Source: Bacteroidota bacterium (GTDB lineage Bacteria; Bacteroidota; Bacteroidia; Bacteroidales; VadinHA17). From it: 64,000 bases of DNA. A model generated the notes under the pieces. That model was not told the origin of the DNA. It saw nothing but the letters and a program-made list of their open reading frames with translations, and searched no databases. Positions within the stretch are counted from its first letter, which is position 1. Each line of letters begins with the position of its first letter. The stretch lies in assembly GCA_029564935.1 (NCBI GenBank), contig JAKQPD010000301.1, positions 10,986-74,985 on the forward strand. Direction: 5' to 3'. Both the position numbers and the translations under genes were made by a program. Positions 54,890 to 64,000 of the stretch are shown here, in pieces.

Positions 54890-55600
54890 ATGAAGCAGCA
54901 TGATGTCTCAGTTCCGGTATGTGACAAATGTTCAGCTGAAACAGGGTCTATATTCAGGCACCTTACAGCTGAAGAAGGCGATATGATCAATTTTAAGAAG
55001 GAGTTCCGCCAGTTCAGACGTGGTGACGTTTTGTACAGGGAAGGAAGCCGGATAAGCGGATTTTACTGTATCCACAGCGGTATAATCAAGGTTTTTAAAA
55101 CAGGGTTTGACGGTAAAGAACAGATCATCCGCTTTGCAAAACCCGGGGATATAATCGCCTACAGAAGTGTCCTGAGTAATGAGGTTGCCTGTACATCAGC
55201 CAAGGTTATTGAAGATTGCAATGTGTGTTTTATTCCTTCTGATATACTGATATCATTCGTCAGATCAAATCCCGTCTTTGCCCATGAACTGTTAAAGCTT
55301 GCATGTCATGAGCTTGGGGAAGCAAATTCATTCATCACAGATATTGCCCAGAAAACAGTGAGGGAAAGGCTGGCAGAAATCCTCCTTGTTCTTATAAATG
55401 ATTTTGGACTTGATGATCAGAATTATCTCAAGATCTCTCTGACCCGTGAAGAACTAGCAAATATTATCGGGACAGCAACAGAATCTGTGATAAGGCTCTT
55501 ATCTGAATTCAAGGCGGATAAGCTTGTTGAACTTACCGGCAGGAGGATAAGGATAATGGATGCCAGGGGACTTGAAAAAATAAGTAATGTTTTTGATTGA
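54890..55600 (+). CDS. Crp/Fnr-family transcriptional regulator with N-terminal CxxC
   Basis: cNMP-binding-like barrel plus HTH (TREELANIIGTATESVIRLLSEF). N-terminal VCDKCS. Confidence 0.85.
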   Translation: MKQHDVSVPVCDKCSAETGSIFRHLTAEEGDMINFKKEFRQFRRGDVLYREGSRISGFYCIHSGIIKVFKTGFDGKEQIIRFAKPGDIIAYRSVLSNEVACTSAKVIEDCNVCFIPSDILISFVRSNPVFAHELLKLACHELGEANSFITDIAQKTVRERLAEILLVLINDFGLDDQNYLKISLTREELANIIGTATESVIRLLSEFKADKLVELTGRRIRIMDARGLEKISNVFD

Positions 55601-55618
55601 ACTTAAGCCCTGAACATT

Positions 55619-56644
55619 TCAGAAAAGTGTTCCCGTAAGATCATTCCTGTAAATTTTACCAAGATGCTTATATGCATGTTCGGTTGCCTCACGACCCCTG
55701 GGTGTTCTTTTGAGGAATCCTTCTTTTATAAGAAACGGCTCATAGACTTCTTCAATAGTTCCGCTTTCTTCGCCCACAGCTGTTGCAATAGTATTTAAAC
55801 CTACAGGCCCTCCACTGAATTTATTCACGATGACCGATAATATCCTGTTGTCCATTTCATCTAGTCCGTACTGGTCAATGTTAAGTGCATTAAGGCCATA
55901 CTTTGTTATATCTATATCGATCTTTCCTGATCCTTTAACCTGTGCAAAATCCCTTATCCTCCTCAAAAGGGCATTCGCTATTCTTGGTGTTCCCCTGCTT
56001 CTTTTCGCAATTTCAACAGCTGCAATCTCATCTATCTTTATGTTCAGTATACCTGCCGATCGGTTCACTATTCCGGTAAGTATATCATGATCATAATATT
56101 CAAGGTGAAATTTTATTCCGAATCTTGCTCTGAGGGGACTTGTCAGCAGCCCGGATCTTGTTGTTGCACCAATAAGCGTGAAATTATTGAGATTAAGTTG
56201 TACTGATCTTGCGCTTGGCCCCTTATCGATCATGATATCAATCTGGTAATCTTCCATGGCTGAATAAAGGTATTCCTCAACTACTGGTGAAAGTCTGTGT
56301 ATTTCGTCGATAAAAAGTACATCACCTTCTTCCAGATTTGTCAGAAGACCCGCAAGATCACCCGGTTTATCCAGAACCGGACCGGATGTTACCCGGAGAT
56401 TTACTCCAAGTTCATTTGAGATTATTGCGGCAAGAGTTGTTTTTCCAAGGCCAGGCGGACCATGCAACAATACATGGTCGAGCGATTCTCCTCTTTGCTT
56501 TGCAGCAGTAACAAAAACAACAAGATTATCAATAACCTGTTGCTGTCCTTTGAAATCGTTGAAGGAAACAGGTCTGAGCTGCCTGTCTATTTCCTGGTCG
56601 TTAGCTGAATCGGATTCTTTCCTGATGTTAAAGCTTTCATCCAT
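55619..56644 (-). CDS. ruvB: Holliday junction branch migration helicase RuvB
   Basis: LRP..F..F.GQ, Walker [12 protein letters not shown], Walker [10 protein letters not shown], sensor [25 protein letters not shown]. Confidence 0.95.
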   Translation of the reverse strand: MDESFNIRKESDSANDQEIDRQLRPVSFNDFKGQQQVIDNLVVFVTAAKQRGESLDHVLLHGPPGLGKTTLAAIISNELGVNLRVTSGPVLDKPGDLAGLLTNLEEGDVLFIDEIHRLSPVVEEYLYSAMEDYQIDIMIDKGPSARSVQLNLNNFTLIGATTRSGLLTSPLRARFGIKFHLEYYDHDILTGIVNRSAGILNIKIDEIAAVEIAKRSRGTPRIANALLRRIRDFAQVKGSGKIDIDITKYGLNALNIDQYGLDEMDNRILSVIVNKFSGGPVGLNTIATAVGEESGTIEEVYEPFLIKEGFLKRTPRGREATEHAYKHLGKIYRNDLTGTLF

Positions 56645-56656
56645 GAAGCAAAGTAA

Positions 56657-58213
56657 CTATTTTATAAGCTTTGTATCGCTCTCAGGAAGATTTATTTTCA
56701 CTCCGTTAATACTAACTTCAACATCATCCTTATATGTAATTGTCAGAAAAGGCGCTCCGTTTTCATCAAATTTCTTCCAGGTTCTTTGTCTTATACCTGT
56801 TCTGTAATACTGTTCTTCTTTTAATTTCCCTGTATCATAATAATAAAGATGCTGCCCGTCCGGATTGCCCTGGAGATAATTCCCTTTAAATTTTAAGGTG
56901 CCATTACTGTAATAGGATTTCCATTGTCCGTCTTTCAGGCCTATAATGTAATTCCCTTCTTCAGTATAATCGCCCGTGGTGATCTTCCATTTGCCATTCT
57001 TTTCACCGTCAGTATATTGGCCCTGTGCAATAATATCTCCTTCTGATGAATACTCGACATAGATCCCGTCTCTTTCACCCTGGAAATATTCTTCTTCTCT
57101 CAGGACTGCACCGTTGTCATAATACCATTTCCATAATCCGTCAGGCCTGCCGTTATTATATGAACCTGTTTGTTCAAGCTTCGATGATGCATTATAGAAT
57201 TTCCATGTTCCGGTACGTCTGTTGTCCGTATATGTCCCTTCTGACAATATCTTTCCGTCAGGATAAAAGTTCTTCCATTTTCCGTTTGAATTTCCGGCCT
57301 CATCAACTATACCTTCTGATAACAGCAAACCATTATCGTTATAAATGAATGAATTGGATACCTTACCATCTTTTGAGAATTCACGATGTGTTCCAACAGG
57401 TACATTATTCCTGTATGGTCCGCTATAAATCAGTTTATTATCGCTGTCGTACCTGTTAACAATTTCTATATCAGGTTCATCTTCAACCCTTGATTTAACA
57501 ATTGCCCCGTTATCATATAACATTGTAACTGTAAGCATTCCCCTGCTGTCGTATTCCTTATAATAACCATGAAGAAGGTCATCTTTAAATGTTCTTTCTG
57601 TTTTTATTCTGCCAGAAGGATAAAAATCCTTCCATTCACCCTGTTTTAAACCTTTTGCATCGGTCCTGTTTATCCTTTCCCTGCTGATAAGAAAATCATT
57701 ATTGTATTCAAGGAGGGTAATTATCTCTCCTTTCTTATCATATTCCTTAGCTAATCCTTCTTTTTTCCCTTCATTGTAAGTTATTGTCTGCTGAACTTTT
57801 CCGTCGGGATAATAAAAATATGCAGTACCTTCTTTCCTGTCGCCTGCATATAATTCTTTTGACCATAGATAAATACCAGTTGCAGGATCTTTTTTATACC
57901 TGTAATAATAGCCGTTCTTTTTACCGAACAGGTAACTGATTTTTTCAGTTGTATCTCCTACCTGATCATAGAATATCCATATACTGTCAAGAAGGAAACT
58001 TGTGCGTTTACCCTCGGATTTCTTCACACCTGTAACATAATAACTTTTCCAGTATCCTTCAGGCTTACCGTTTTTAATAAGTCCTTCACTTGAAACTGAT
58101 CCGTTAGGATATCTGAATACATGATATCCGTCACTGAGAAGCTCATTTCCCTGAGGGTATACTGCGACTGCAGAAATAAATAAAACAAAAACTATCAAAG
58201 TCTTTTTCATCAT
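56657..58213 (-). CDS. Secreted MORN-variant / YwqK-like repeat protein
   Basis: Signal peptide, then about 15 copies of a roughly 23-aa unit centred on G-x-W-K-x-(F/Y)-Y-x-x-G (GYWKSYY, GEWKDFY, GKWKNFY, GLWKWYY, GQWKSYY ...). Confidence 0.75.
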   Translation of the reverse strand: MMKKTLIVFVLFISAVAVYPQGNELLSDGYHVFRYPNGSVSSEGLIKNGKPEGYWKSYYVTGVKKSEGKRTSFLLDSIWIFYDQVGDTTEKISYLFGKKNGYYYRYKKDPATGIYLWSKELYAGDRKEGTAYFYYPDGKVQQTITYNEGKKEGLAKEYDKKGEIITLLEYNNDFLISRERINRTDAKGLKQGEWKDFYPSGRIKTERTFKDDLLHGYYKEYDSRGMLTVTMLYDNGAIVKSRVEDEPDIEIVNRYDSDNKLIYSGPYRNNVPVGTHREFSKDGKVSNSFIYNDNGLLLSEGIVDEAGNSNGKWKNFYPDGKILSEGTYTDNRRTGTWKFYNASSKLEQTGSYNNGRPDGLWKWYYDNGAVLREEEYFQGERDGIYVEYSSEGDIIAQGQYTDGEKNGKWKITTGDYTEEGNYIIGLKDGQWKSYYSNGTLKFKGNYLQGNPDGQHLYYYDTGKLKEEQYYRTGIRQRTWKKFDENGAPFLTITYKDDVEVSINGVKINLPESDTKLIK

Positions 58214-59169
58214 TTACCTGTTACAAGGGTTTTTGAAATATCCAGCATCCGGAAGATCGGACGTCGGGCATCAGAAATTAGTTTGCTGTCAAGGATTATT
58301 TCCGGTTCTTCATCCTTAAGGCAATTATAAATCTTTTCAATAGTAATCATTTTCATAAAATTACATTCACTGCATCCACAGGTTGAATCTCTGGGGGGTG
58401 CAGGAATAAACTTCTTATCAGGGTTTGCCTTCTTCATCTGATGAATGATACCAGGCTCAGTTGCAATTATATAAATTTCACCATTATCTCTTTTCGTAAA
58501 ATCAAGAAGACCTGCCGTTGAACCAATATAATCTGCAACCAGTCTTACCGGTAATTCACATTCAGGATGTACAATTACTTTTGATCCCGGATTTTCTGAT
58601 TTTAGTTTTAAGATTGCTTCAATTGAAAACTCTTCATGAACATGGCATGTTCCATTCCATACAATTATGTCACGCCCTGTTTCATTCATAACATAATTAC
58701 CCAGGTTCCTGTCCGGTGCAAATATTATCTTTTCATTTTCAGGAAGGGATTTAATGATCTGAACCGCATTGGATGAAGTACAGCTTATATCTGATAAGGC
58801 TTTTATCTCAGCTGTTGTATTTACATATGTTACAACAGTACGTCCGGGGTTTTCATCAATGAACTTCTTAAAATCTTCCGCTTTACAAGAATCTGCAAGA
58901 GAACATCCGGCATTAATGTCGGGGAGGAGTACTTTTTTCTCAGGTGCAAGAATTTTGGCTGTCTCAGCCATGAATTTCACTCCCGCGAATAAAATAATGT
59001 CTGAATCATTTGATGCGGCTTTCTGCGAAAGTGCAAGGGAATCACCAACAAAATCGGCCAGATCCTGTATTTCCCGCAGCTGATAATAATGAGCCAGGAT
59101 AATTACATTCTTTTCCTTTCTGATTTTATTTATTTCCCGTATATAATCTATATCTTTCTGCTCTTTCAT
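58210..59169 (-). CDS. nadA: Quinolinate synthase
   Basis: ILAHYYQ, FMAETAKIL, TYVNT, three conserved Cys contexts, HPEC. ATGA overlap with the downstream repeat-protein gene. Confidence 0.9.
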   Translation of the reverse strand: MKEQKDIDYIREINKIRKEKNVIILAHYYQLREIQDLADFVGDSLALSQKAASNDSDIILFAGVKFMAETAKILAPEKKVLLPDINAGCSLADSCKAEDFKKFIDENPGRTVVTYVNTTAEIKALSDISCTSSNAVQIIKSLPENEKIIFAPDRNLGNYVMNETGRDIIVWNGTCHVHEEFSIEAILKLKSENPGSKVIVHPECELPVRLVADYIGSTAGLLDFTKRDNGEIYIIATEPGIIHQMKKANPDKKFIPAPPRDSTCGCSECNFMKMITIEKIYNCLKDEEPEIILDSKLISDARRPIFRMLDISKTLVTGK

Positions 59170-59585
59170 TTGTTTTCATGTAAAGTAACATCATATATAT
59201 AACATTATTTTATAATAATTAATATTTATGATGGTTATAATATGCTGTTAATTGTGTTTGAATTTTAAGAAGACTTTTATTGTTTTTTTCGCAACTATTA
59301 TAAAGCAAACATCTTTTCAACAGTTCAAAAAACATACCATTTTTGATAATCAGGACGTTGATGTTTTAATTAACAGATGTTAATAATAACATATCAGTAG
59401 CTGTAATGAAACAAATTTATATTTTTAAATGTTCATTTAAGGTTTATTTCCTGACATTATTTTATTAAAAGTTTCCTGTAAATGTTTTAATTCCGGTTAA
59501 AACCGGGAAATATTTTAAAAATTAAGAATTTTACACTTTTTAACTACAGGTTTTCTACAAATTATTAACAGGATCAGATGGTTCT

Positions 59586-59593
59586 TAAATTTG
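59586..59593 (+). promoter_or_regulatory. Candidate -7 box (TAAATTTG) for rpiB
   Basis: Matches TAnnTTTG, 31 nt upstream of the GTG start at 59624. Confidence 0.45.
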
Positions 59594-59623
59594 ATGTACT
59601 TTGTGAATATTTAATATAAGACG

Positions 59624-60070
59624 GTGAAAAAGAAAAAAATTGCAATAGTATCGGACCATGCCGGATTTTATCTGAAGCGGAAACTTCTTGACTTTCTTAA
59701 CAAGCAGAAATATGAAGTTAAGGATTTCGGGACATTTACGGAAGAGATGGTTGATTATCCTGATTTTGGTCATAAGATGGCCGAAGCGGTTGCAGCAGGT
59801 GAATATGAGCTGGGTATTTCAATATGCGGTACAGGCAATGGAATAAATATGACTGCGAACAAGCATCAGGGTATAAGAAGTGCATTATGCTGGAATGAAG
59901 AAATAAGCAGACTGGCAAGAGCACATAACGATGCTAATGTATGTGCATTACCGGGCAGATTTATTTCAGAATCGGAGGCCTATCTGATAGTCAGGGTATT
60001 TCTTGAAACTGATTTTGAAGGTGGCAGACATAAGAGAAGAATTGATAAAATACCTTTAAAACTGTACTGA
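59624..60070 (+). CDS. rpiB: Ribose-5-phosphate isomerase B
   Basis: IAIVSDHAG, ICGTGNGINMTANK, NDANVC. GTG start, 148 aa. Confidence 0.9.
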   Translation: MKKKKIAIVSDHAGFYLKRKLLDFLNKQKYEVKDFGTFTEEMVDYPDFGHKMAEAVAAGEYELGISICGTGNGINMTANKHQGIRSALCWNEEISRLARAHNDANVCALPGRFISESEAYLIVRVFLETDFEGGRHKRRIDKIPLKLY

Positions 60071-60071
60071 T

Positions 60072-60515
60072 ATGCTGTCAAATTCATCACGTTATGGTAT
60101 CAGGGCAGTAATGTATCTCGCCAGCCGGCCTGAAGGGAAAAAGATGACTGATATAATTACTATTTCAAAAGATCTGAATCTGCCTGCACCATTTCTTGGA
60201 AAGATACTTCAGCAGCTTGCCAAGCGTAAGATACTCATCTCACTTAAAGGTCCGCATGGAGGCTTTTCGCTCTTAAAAGATCCGGGAGATATTACCCTTC
60301 TTGAAATAATTAAAACAATAGAAGGGGATGATATTTTCAGTAATTGTATAATACATAACAGCACATGCAGATCATATGTTACTTTGCACAGGAAAAAATG
60401 CGCCCTTCACGATGATTATTCTTCGATACGAAAAGATCTTGTGAAGCTTTTCAGTAAGAAAACAATAAATGATCTGGTGAGAAAAGCCGGCGAGTCTGAT
60501 CAGATAATTATTTAG
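60072..60515 (+). CDS. Rrf2-family transcriptional regulator
   Basis: N-terminal SRYGIRAVMYLA... wHTH. Three Cys in the C-terminal half (NC...C...C). The start is 1 nt after the rpiB stop. Confidence 0.8.
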   Translation: MLSNSSRYGIRAVMYLASRPEGKKMTDIITISKDLNLPAPFLGKILQQLAKRKILISLKGPHGGFSLLKDPGDITLLEIIKTIEGDDIFSNCIIHNSTCRSYVTLHRKKCALHDDYSSIRKDLVKLFSKKTINDLVRKAGESDQIII

Positions 60516-60909
60516 ATTTATTCAGAAAATGATATGGCTTGAAAAACAGCCAGAGAAACAGAGCAGAAAATACTCCGCCTGTGTCGGCAATCATATCCAG
60601 TATCTCTCCTTTACGGTTTCTTGTGAATTCCGATTGCATGAATTCAACAATAATGCCGAAGAAAAAAGGAATAAGAGCCATTAACAGAAGCTTTCTGGTG
60701 TCTGTAAGCGAACGTCTGTGTTCCAGTATCATTGTTCCCATAAGTAGAAAATACAGGCCAAAATGAACAAATTTGTCTAAATGGGGTATATCAAAAAAAC
60801 CAGACCTTACAAAAGTACTGGGAGTAGCCATGCTCAGATACAAAATGATCAGTGAAACAGTGATAGTATAGATATTATTTTTAAGAATGTTCATTTCTTT
60901 TTGCGGCAA
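60508..60909 (-). CDS. VanZ-family membrane protein
   Basis: 133 aa, four TM. DKFVHFGLYFLL and EFMQ..... R.....D...D..G motifs. Confidence 0.7.
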   Translation of the reverse strand: MPQKEMNILKNNIYTITVSLIILYLSMATPSTFVRSGFFDIPHLDKFVHFGLYFLLMGTMILEHRRSLTDTRKLLLMALIPFFFGIIVEFMQSEFTRNRKGEILDMIADTGGVFSALFLWLFFKPYHFLNKSK

Positions 60910-60989
60910 ATGTATTAATTAGTCATCTTAAATCATAGAAAATTCTAATCAATTGTTTTTCTTTGTGTTTGTGAAAGCATTCTAAACCA

Positions 60990-62123
60990 ATGGCAGGAAT
61001 TTATCTACATATCCCTTTTTGCAGGAAACTTTGTTATTACTGCGATTTTTATCATGTCATTTCCCATGATGATAATTCATTGTTTCTAAGTGCTTTGAGA
61101 AAAGAAGCGGATTTGAGGTCTGATTATCTGGCAGGGTATTCTGTTTCTACAATTTATCTGGGAGGAGGAACCCCTTCTGTATTCAGTCCAAAAGAAATAG
61201 GGTCGCTGCTTGATCATCTCAGGCAACGATTCTTTGTCGAAAAGGAAAATGAGATAACAATAGAACTGAATCCTGATGATGTGACACAGGATTATGTAAA
61301 GGAACTGGCTGATACCGGAGTTAACAGAGTCAGTCTGGGCATTCAGTCGTGGCGTGATGAAGATCTTAAAATGATGAACCGGCGACACTCGGCAGCCCAG
61401 GCACATGATTCACTGATGAGACTTTCAGAAGCTGGCTTTAAGAACATTTCTGTTGATCTTATCTATGGGATTCCCGGTATGGGTACCACTGAATGGGCAT
61501 CCGGCCTTGATAAAACTCTTGCATTTGATATTCAACATCTTTCAGCATATCATCTGACAATTGAACCCGGAACTGTATTTAACAGGATGAAAGAAAAAGG
61601 AACTCTTGTTGAGATCGATGAGGATGAAAGTACGGCTGAATTTAATATCCTTCTGGAAAAAACAAGTCAGGCAGGATTCATTAATTATGAAATTTCGAAT
61701 TTCGGAAAGCCTGGATATTTTTCGATTCACAATACAAATTACTGGAAACAGGTACCTTACCTGGGACTCGGGCCATCTGCACATTCATTTAACGGTTATT
61801 CAAGACAGTGGAATATCAGAGACATTAAAAAATATATTAAATCGACTAATTCCGGAATACCCAGTTTTGAAAGAGAAGAGCTTGATATAAAGACCAAATT
61901 CAATGAATATGTGATGACTTCTCTGAGGACAATGTGGGGTATTGATCTTGAGTATATTGAAAAGATATTTGAAAAAGAGGGTTACGATTATATAGTAAAT
62001 CTCAGCGGTAAATTTATTGATTACGGCCTGATGAAGCAGGATAATAAAAACCTGATCCTTACGAATCAGGGTAAAATGATATCGGATAATATTATTTCCG
62101 AATTTATAATGCCACCATCATAG
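60990..62123 (+). CDS. hemW: Radical SAM heme chaperone HemW (HemN-like, oxygen-independent coproporphyrinogen oxidase family)
   Basis: YLHIPFCRKLCYYCDF (CxxxCxxC), GGGTPS, VNRVSLGIQS. 377 aa, the HemW length. Confidence 0.85.
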   Translation: MAGIYLHIPFCRKLCYYCDFYHVISHDDNSLFLSALRKEADLRSDYLAGYSVSTIYLGGGTPSVFSPKEIGSLLDHLRQRFFVEKENEITIELNPDDVTQDYVKELADTGVNRVSLGIQSWRDEDLKMMNRRHSAAQAHDSLMRLSEAGFKNISVDLIYGIPGMGTTEWASGLDKTLAFDIQHLSAYHLTIEPGTVFNRMKEKGTLVEIDEDESTAEFNILLEKTSQAGFINYEISNFGKPGYFSIHNTNYWKQVPYLGLGPSAHSFNGYSRQWNIRDIKKYIKSTNSGIPSFEREELDIKTKFNEYVMTSLRTMWGIDLEYIEKIFEKEGYDYIVNLSGKFIDYGLMKQDNKNLILTNQGKMISDNIISEFIMPPS

Positions 62124-62129
62124 TGGAAA

Positions 62130-63029
62130 TCATTTCTTTGCCAGCGAGAATGTTGTCCGGCCAATTTTATTATCTTCAAGATAGAGCTCAATGCTGTAGT
62201 TCCCTACAATAAAATCACCGGTATTGGACAGGAAAATGCACATCTCGAGATCCTGGTTCATATAATCGGCTGTACGTTTTTCGGAATAGATTATTTTATT
62301 TCCCCTGTAATCAAAAAGATTGTCAGGGCTTCCTGTAATGACCAGTGAATCAGGTCTTATAACCCTCATGAATACTTCTTTTTGTCCGGCCCCGGCAATC
62401 GCATTTTCCCTAAGGGTAAAGCATACCCTGAGTGATTCCATCAGATTTATTCTGTTTGTCTCTTTCCTTTTTCTGTTCAGGGCTGCTGCTGTAATATTTT
62501 TAGCCTGAATGACAGACGCGGTCACTACCTTTGTCGTAAGTTCTTCTTTTTCTTTTTCGAGCTGGACATTAGTATTCTGAACTTTTGCAATCTCCTGTCT
62601 GAATTGTGTATTTTCAGCCACAAGCAGCTTATTACGTGAATTAAGAGAGTCTATCTGAACGATATAGCTCTTCATAATTTCTCTCATTGTGGTGATCTCG
62701 CTCCTGTATTTCTTTATAAGCTGGGCATTTGATGCATTTATTGAGAGCAGCTGGATGATCCTTTTCTTTTCCTTTTCAAGGTTGGCATTGAGTGTATCGT
62801 TATTTGTCTTCATGGTATCATATGCAGCTACCATAAGCTTTAATTCATTTGCCAGTGAATCTTTTTCCTGGGTCAGGACTGTTTCCATTTCAACCATTTT
62901 ACTTTTCTGGTCGAAATACATTACAACAAGGAAGATAAGAGCGGCTGCAAGGATGATAGAAAGTGCTATCATTCCGATAGGAGTGTTCTTTTTATTTGTC
63001 TGGTCAGTCTGATAATTTGTTTCCGCCAT
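62130..63029 (-). CDS. Hypothetical membrane-anchored coiled-coil protein
   Basis: Single N-terminal TM (IGMIALSIILAAALIFLVVMYF), about 150 aa of heptad-like Glu/Lys/Asn/Leu sequence, and a beta-rich C-terminal domain of about 110 aa. No motif recognised. Confidence 0.6.
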   Translation of the reverse strand: MAETNYQTDQTNKKNTPIGMIALSIILAAALIFLVVMYFDQKSKMVEMETVLTQEKDSLANELKLMVAAYDTMKTNNDTLNANLEKEKKRIIQLLSINASNAQLIKKYRSEITTMREIMKSYIVQIDSLNSRNKLLVAENTQFRQEIAKVQNTNVQLEKEKEELTTKVVTASVIQAKNITAAALNRKRKETNRINLMESLRVCFTLRENAIAGAGQKEVFMRVIRPDSLVITGSPDNLFDYRGNKIIYSEKRTADYMNQDLEMCIFLSNTGDFIVGNYSIELYLEDNKIGRTTFSLAKK

Positions 63030-63164
63030 TATAGATATCTTTAATTATGTGAATGGTTTGCAAAAATATAAAAAATAATAATTACTCTCTATAATATAAA
63101 ATCCGGATCAATTCTTAAATTTACAGTTGGCAATATATTACTTAACATATTAATTATCAATTGT

Positions 63165-64000
63165 ATGAGCGGCTTTTTTGGTGTAATCTCAAAGCAAGAC
63201 TGTGTTCAGGATGTTTTTTACGGTACCGATTACCATTCTCATTTAGGAACAAAACGTGCCGGGATGGTGTTTATTGTTCCGGGCAAGGGATTCCGGAGGT
63301 CGATCCATACCCTTGAAAATTCATATTTCAGGACAAAATTTGAGGAAGATCTTAAGGATTTCAAAGGCAATTCCGGAATGGGAATAATAAGTGATACTGA
63401 TCCTCAGCCGATCCTGTTTACTTCACATCTGGGGCGTTTCGCTATAGTTACGGTATGCCGGATGATAAATATTTCAGAGCTTGAAGAACATATATTAAAT
63501 CAGAAACAGCATTTCACGGAAAATTTCGGAGGAAATATTAATCCCACCGAGGTTGTTGCCAGTCTGATCTGTGAAAAAGACAGTTTTACGGAAGGTATAG
63601 AAAATGTATTTGAAAATGTTAAGGGTTCCTGTTCGCTGATGATCCTGACGGAGGATGGGATCATAGCTGCAAGGGATAAGCTGGGCAGAACTCCGGTTAT
63701 AATTGGGAAAAAAGAAGGTGCTTATGCCATTGCCTCAGAGTCCTGTTCTTTCCCGAACACCGGTTTCGATCCGGAATATTACCTCGGACCCGGGGAAATT
63801 GTCCGGATAACGGCTGAAGGCTACACACAGTTGAGGAAACCGGGAGATAAAATGCAGATATGTGCATTCCTGTGGGTATATTATGGTTATCCGCCTTCTT
63901 ATTATGAAGGGATAAATGTGGATGAATGCCGTTACAGATGCGGAGCCGCTTTGGCAAAACGCGATTCGGTTCAGGCCGATTTTGTATGCGGGATACCCGA
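63165..64000 (+). CDS. Amidophosphoribosyltransferase-like class II (Ntn) glutamine amidotransferase, 3' end runs off the window
   Basis: Not in the ORF track because it has no stop in the window. My translation is MSGFFGVISKQDCVQDVFYGTDYHSHLGTKRAGMV...GMGIISDTDPQPI...ARDKLGRTPV...ASESC...ICAFLWVYYGYP...ADFVCGIP. This has PurF-like architecture, but Ser replaces the N-terminal Cys. Confidence 0.7.
   Translation, partial: MSGFFGVISKQDCVQDVFYGTDYHSHLGTKRAGMVFIVPGKGFRRSIHTLENSYFRTKFEEDLKDFKGNSGMGIISDTDPQPILFTSHLGRFAIVTVCRMINISELEEHILNQKQHFTENFGGNINPTEVVASLICEKDSFTEGIENVFENVKGSCSLMILTEDGIIAARDKLGRTPVIIGKKEGAYAIASESCSFPNTGFDPEYYLGPGEIVRITAEGYTQLRKPGDKMQICAFLWVYYGYPPSYYEGINVDECRYRCGAALAKRDSVQADFVCGIP

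Noticed and set aside
1-64000. A window-wide scan for tRNA/rRNA signatures (for example GGTTCGAATCC-type T-arms), CRISPR-like spaced direct repeats, transposase, integrase or recombinase genes, toxin-antitoxin pairs, restriction-modification genes, and other known defence gene hallmarks.
   Set aside because: None found by eye. All ORFs of 130 aa or more that are not antisense shadows are accounted for by housekeeping or envelope families or by the few hypothetical proteins listed. I therefore do not claim a mobile element or defence island in this window.

Overview
This looks like a chromosomal segment from a Bacteroidota-type genome. It is AT-rich and carries lineage-typical genes (DUF4271-hemD-rnpA, flippase-dut-TPR-DUF4292-EnvC-like). 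Several genes have the Bacteroidetes -7 promoter box TAnnTTTG 15-50 nt upstream. I call about 60 tightly packed protein genes, almost all housekeeping. They cover DNA repair and replication (polA, uvrC, ruvB), tRNA and rRNA modification or maturation (mnmG, mnmH, ybeY, queD, dtd, rnpA, rsgA, pheS), central metabolism (two phosphofructokinases, deoC, rpiB, nadA, ade, dut), and envelope or export functions (AsmA-like, lspA, S41 protease, EnvC-like, flippase). There are also regulators: two Crp/Fnr, one ArsR, one Rrf2 and two sensor-kinase-like proteins. I found no rRNA, tRNA, CRISPR array, transposase, integrase, phage gene or recognisable defence system. I therefore cannot honestly point to a complete novel multi-gene system. 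The most unusual signals are non-coding or degenerate features. (1) A very regular 58-bp array of five ACGT cores on a 12-bp register lies between a Crp/Fnr gene and a PHP phosphatase gene. (2) A roughly 256-bp GC-rich nested-palindrome element fills the ade-uvrC spacer. (3) A roughly 200-bp, almost G-free pyrimidine tract, bracketed by GC-rich repeats, lies upstream of ade, where no canonical promoter is visible. (4) A hybrid sensor kinase has Tyr in place of the phospho-accepting His and eroded ATP-lid boxes, but an intact receiver. (5) A TldD/PmbA pair has a twin-arginine signal only on TldD and sits beside a secreted M14 carboxypeptidase. (6) A PurF-like amidotransferase starts M-S-G instead of M-C-G. 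All family calls come from reading motifs by eye; no searches were run.
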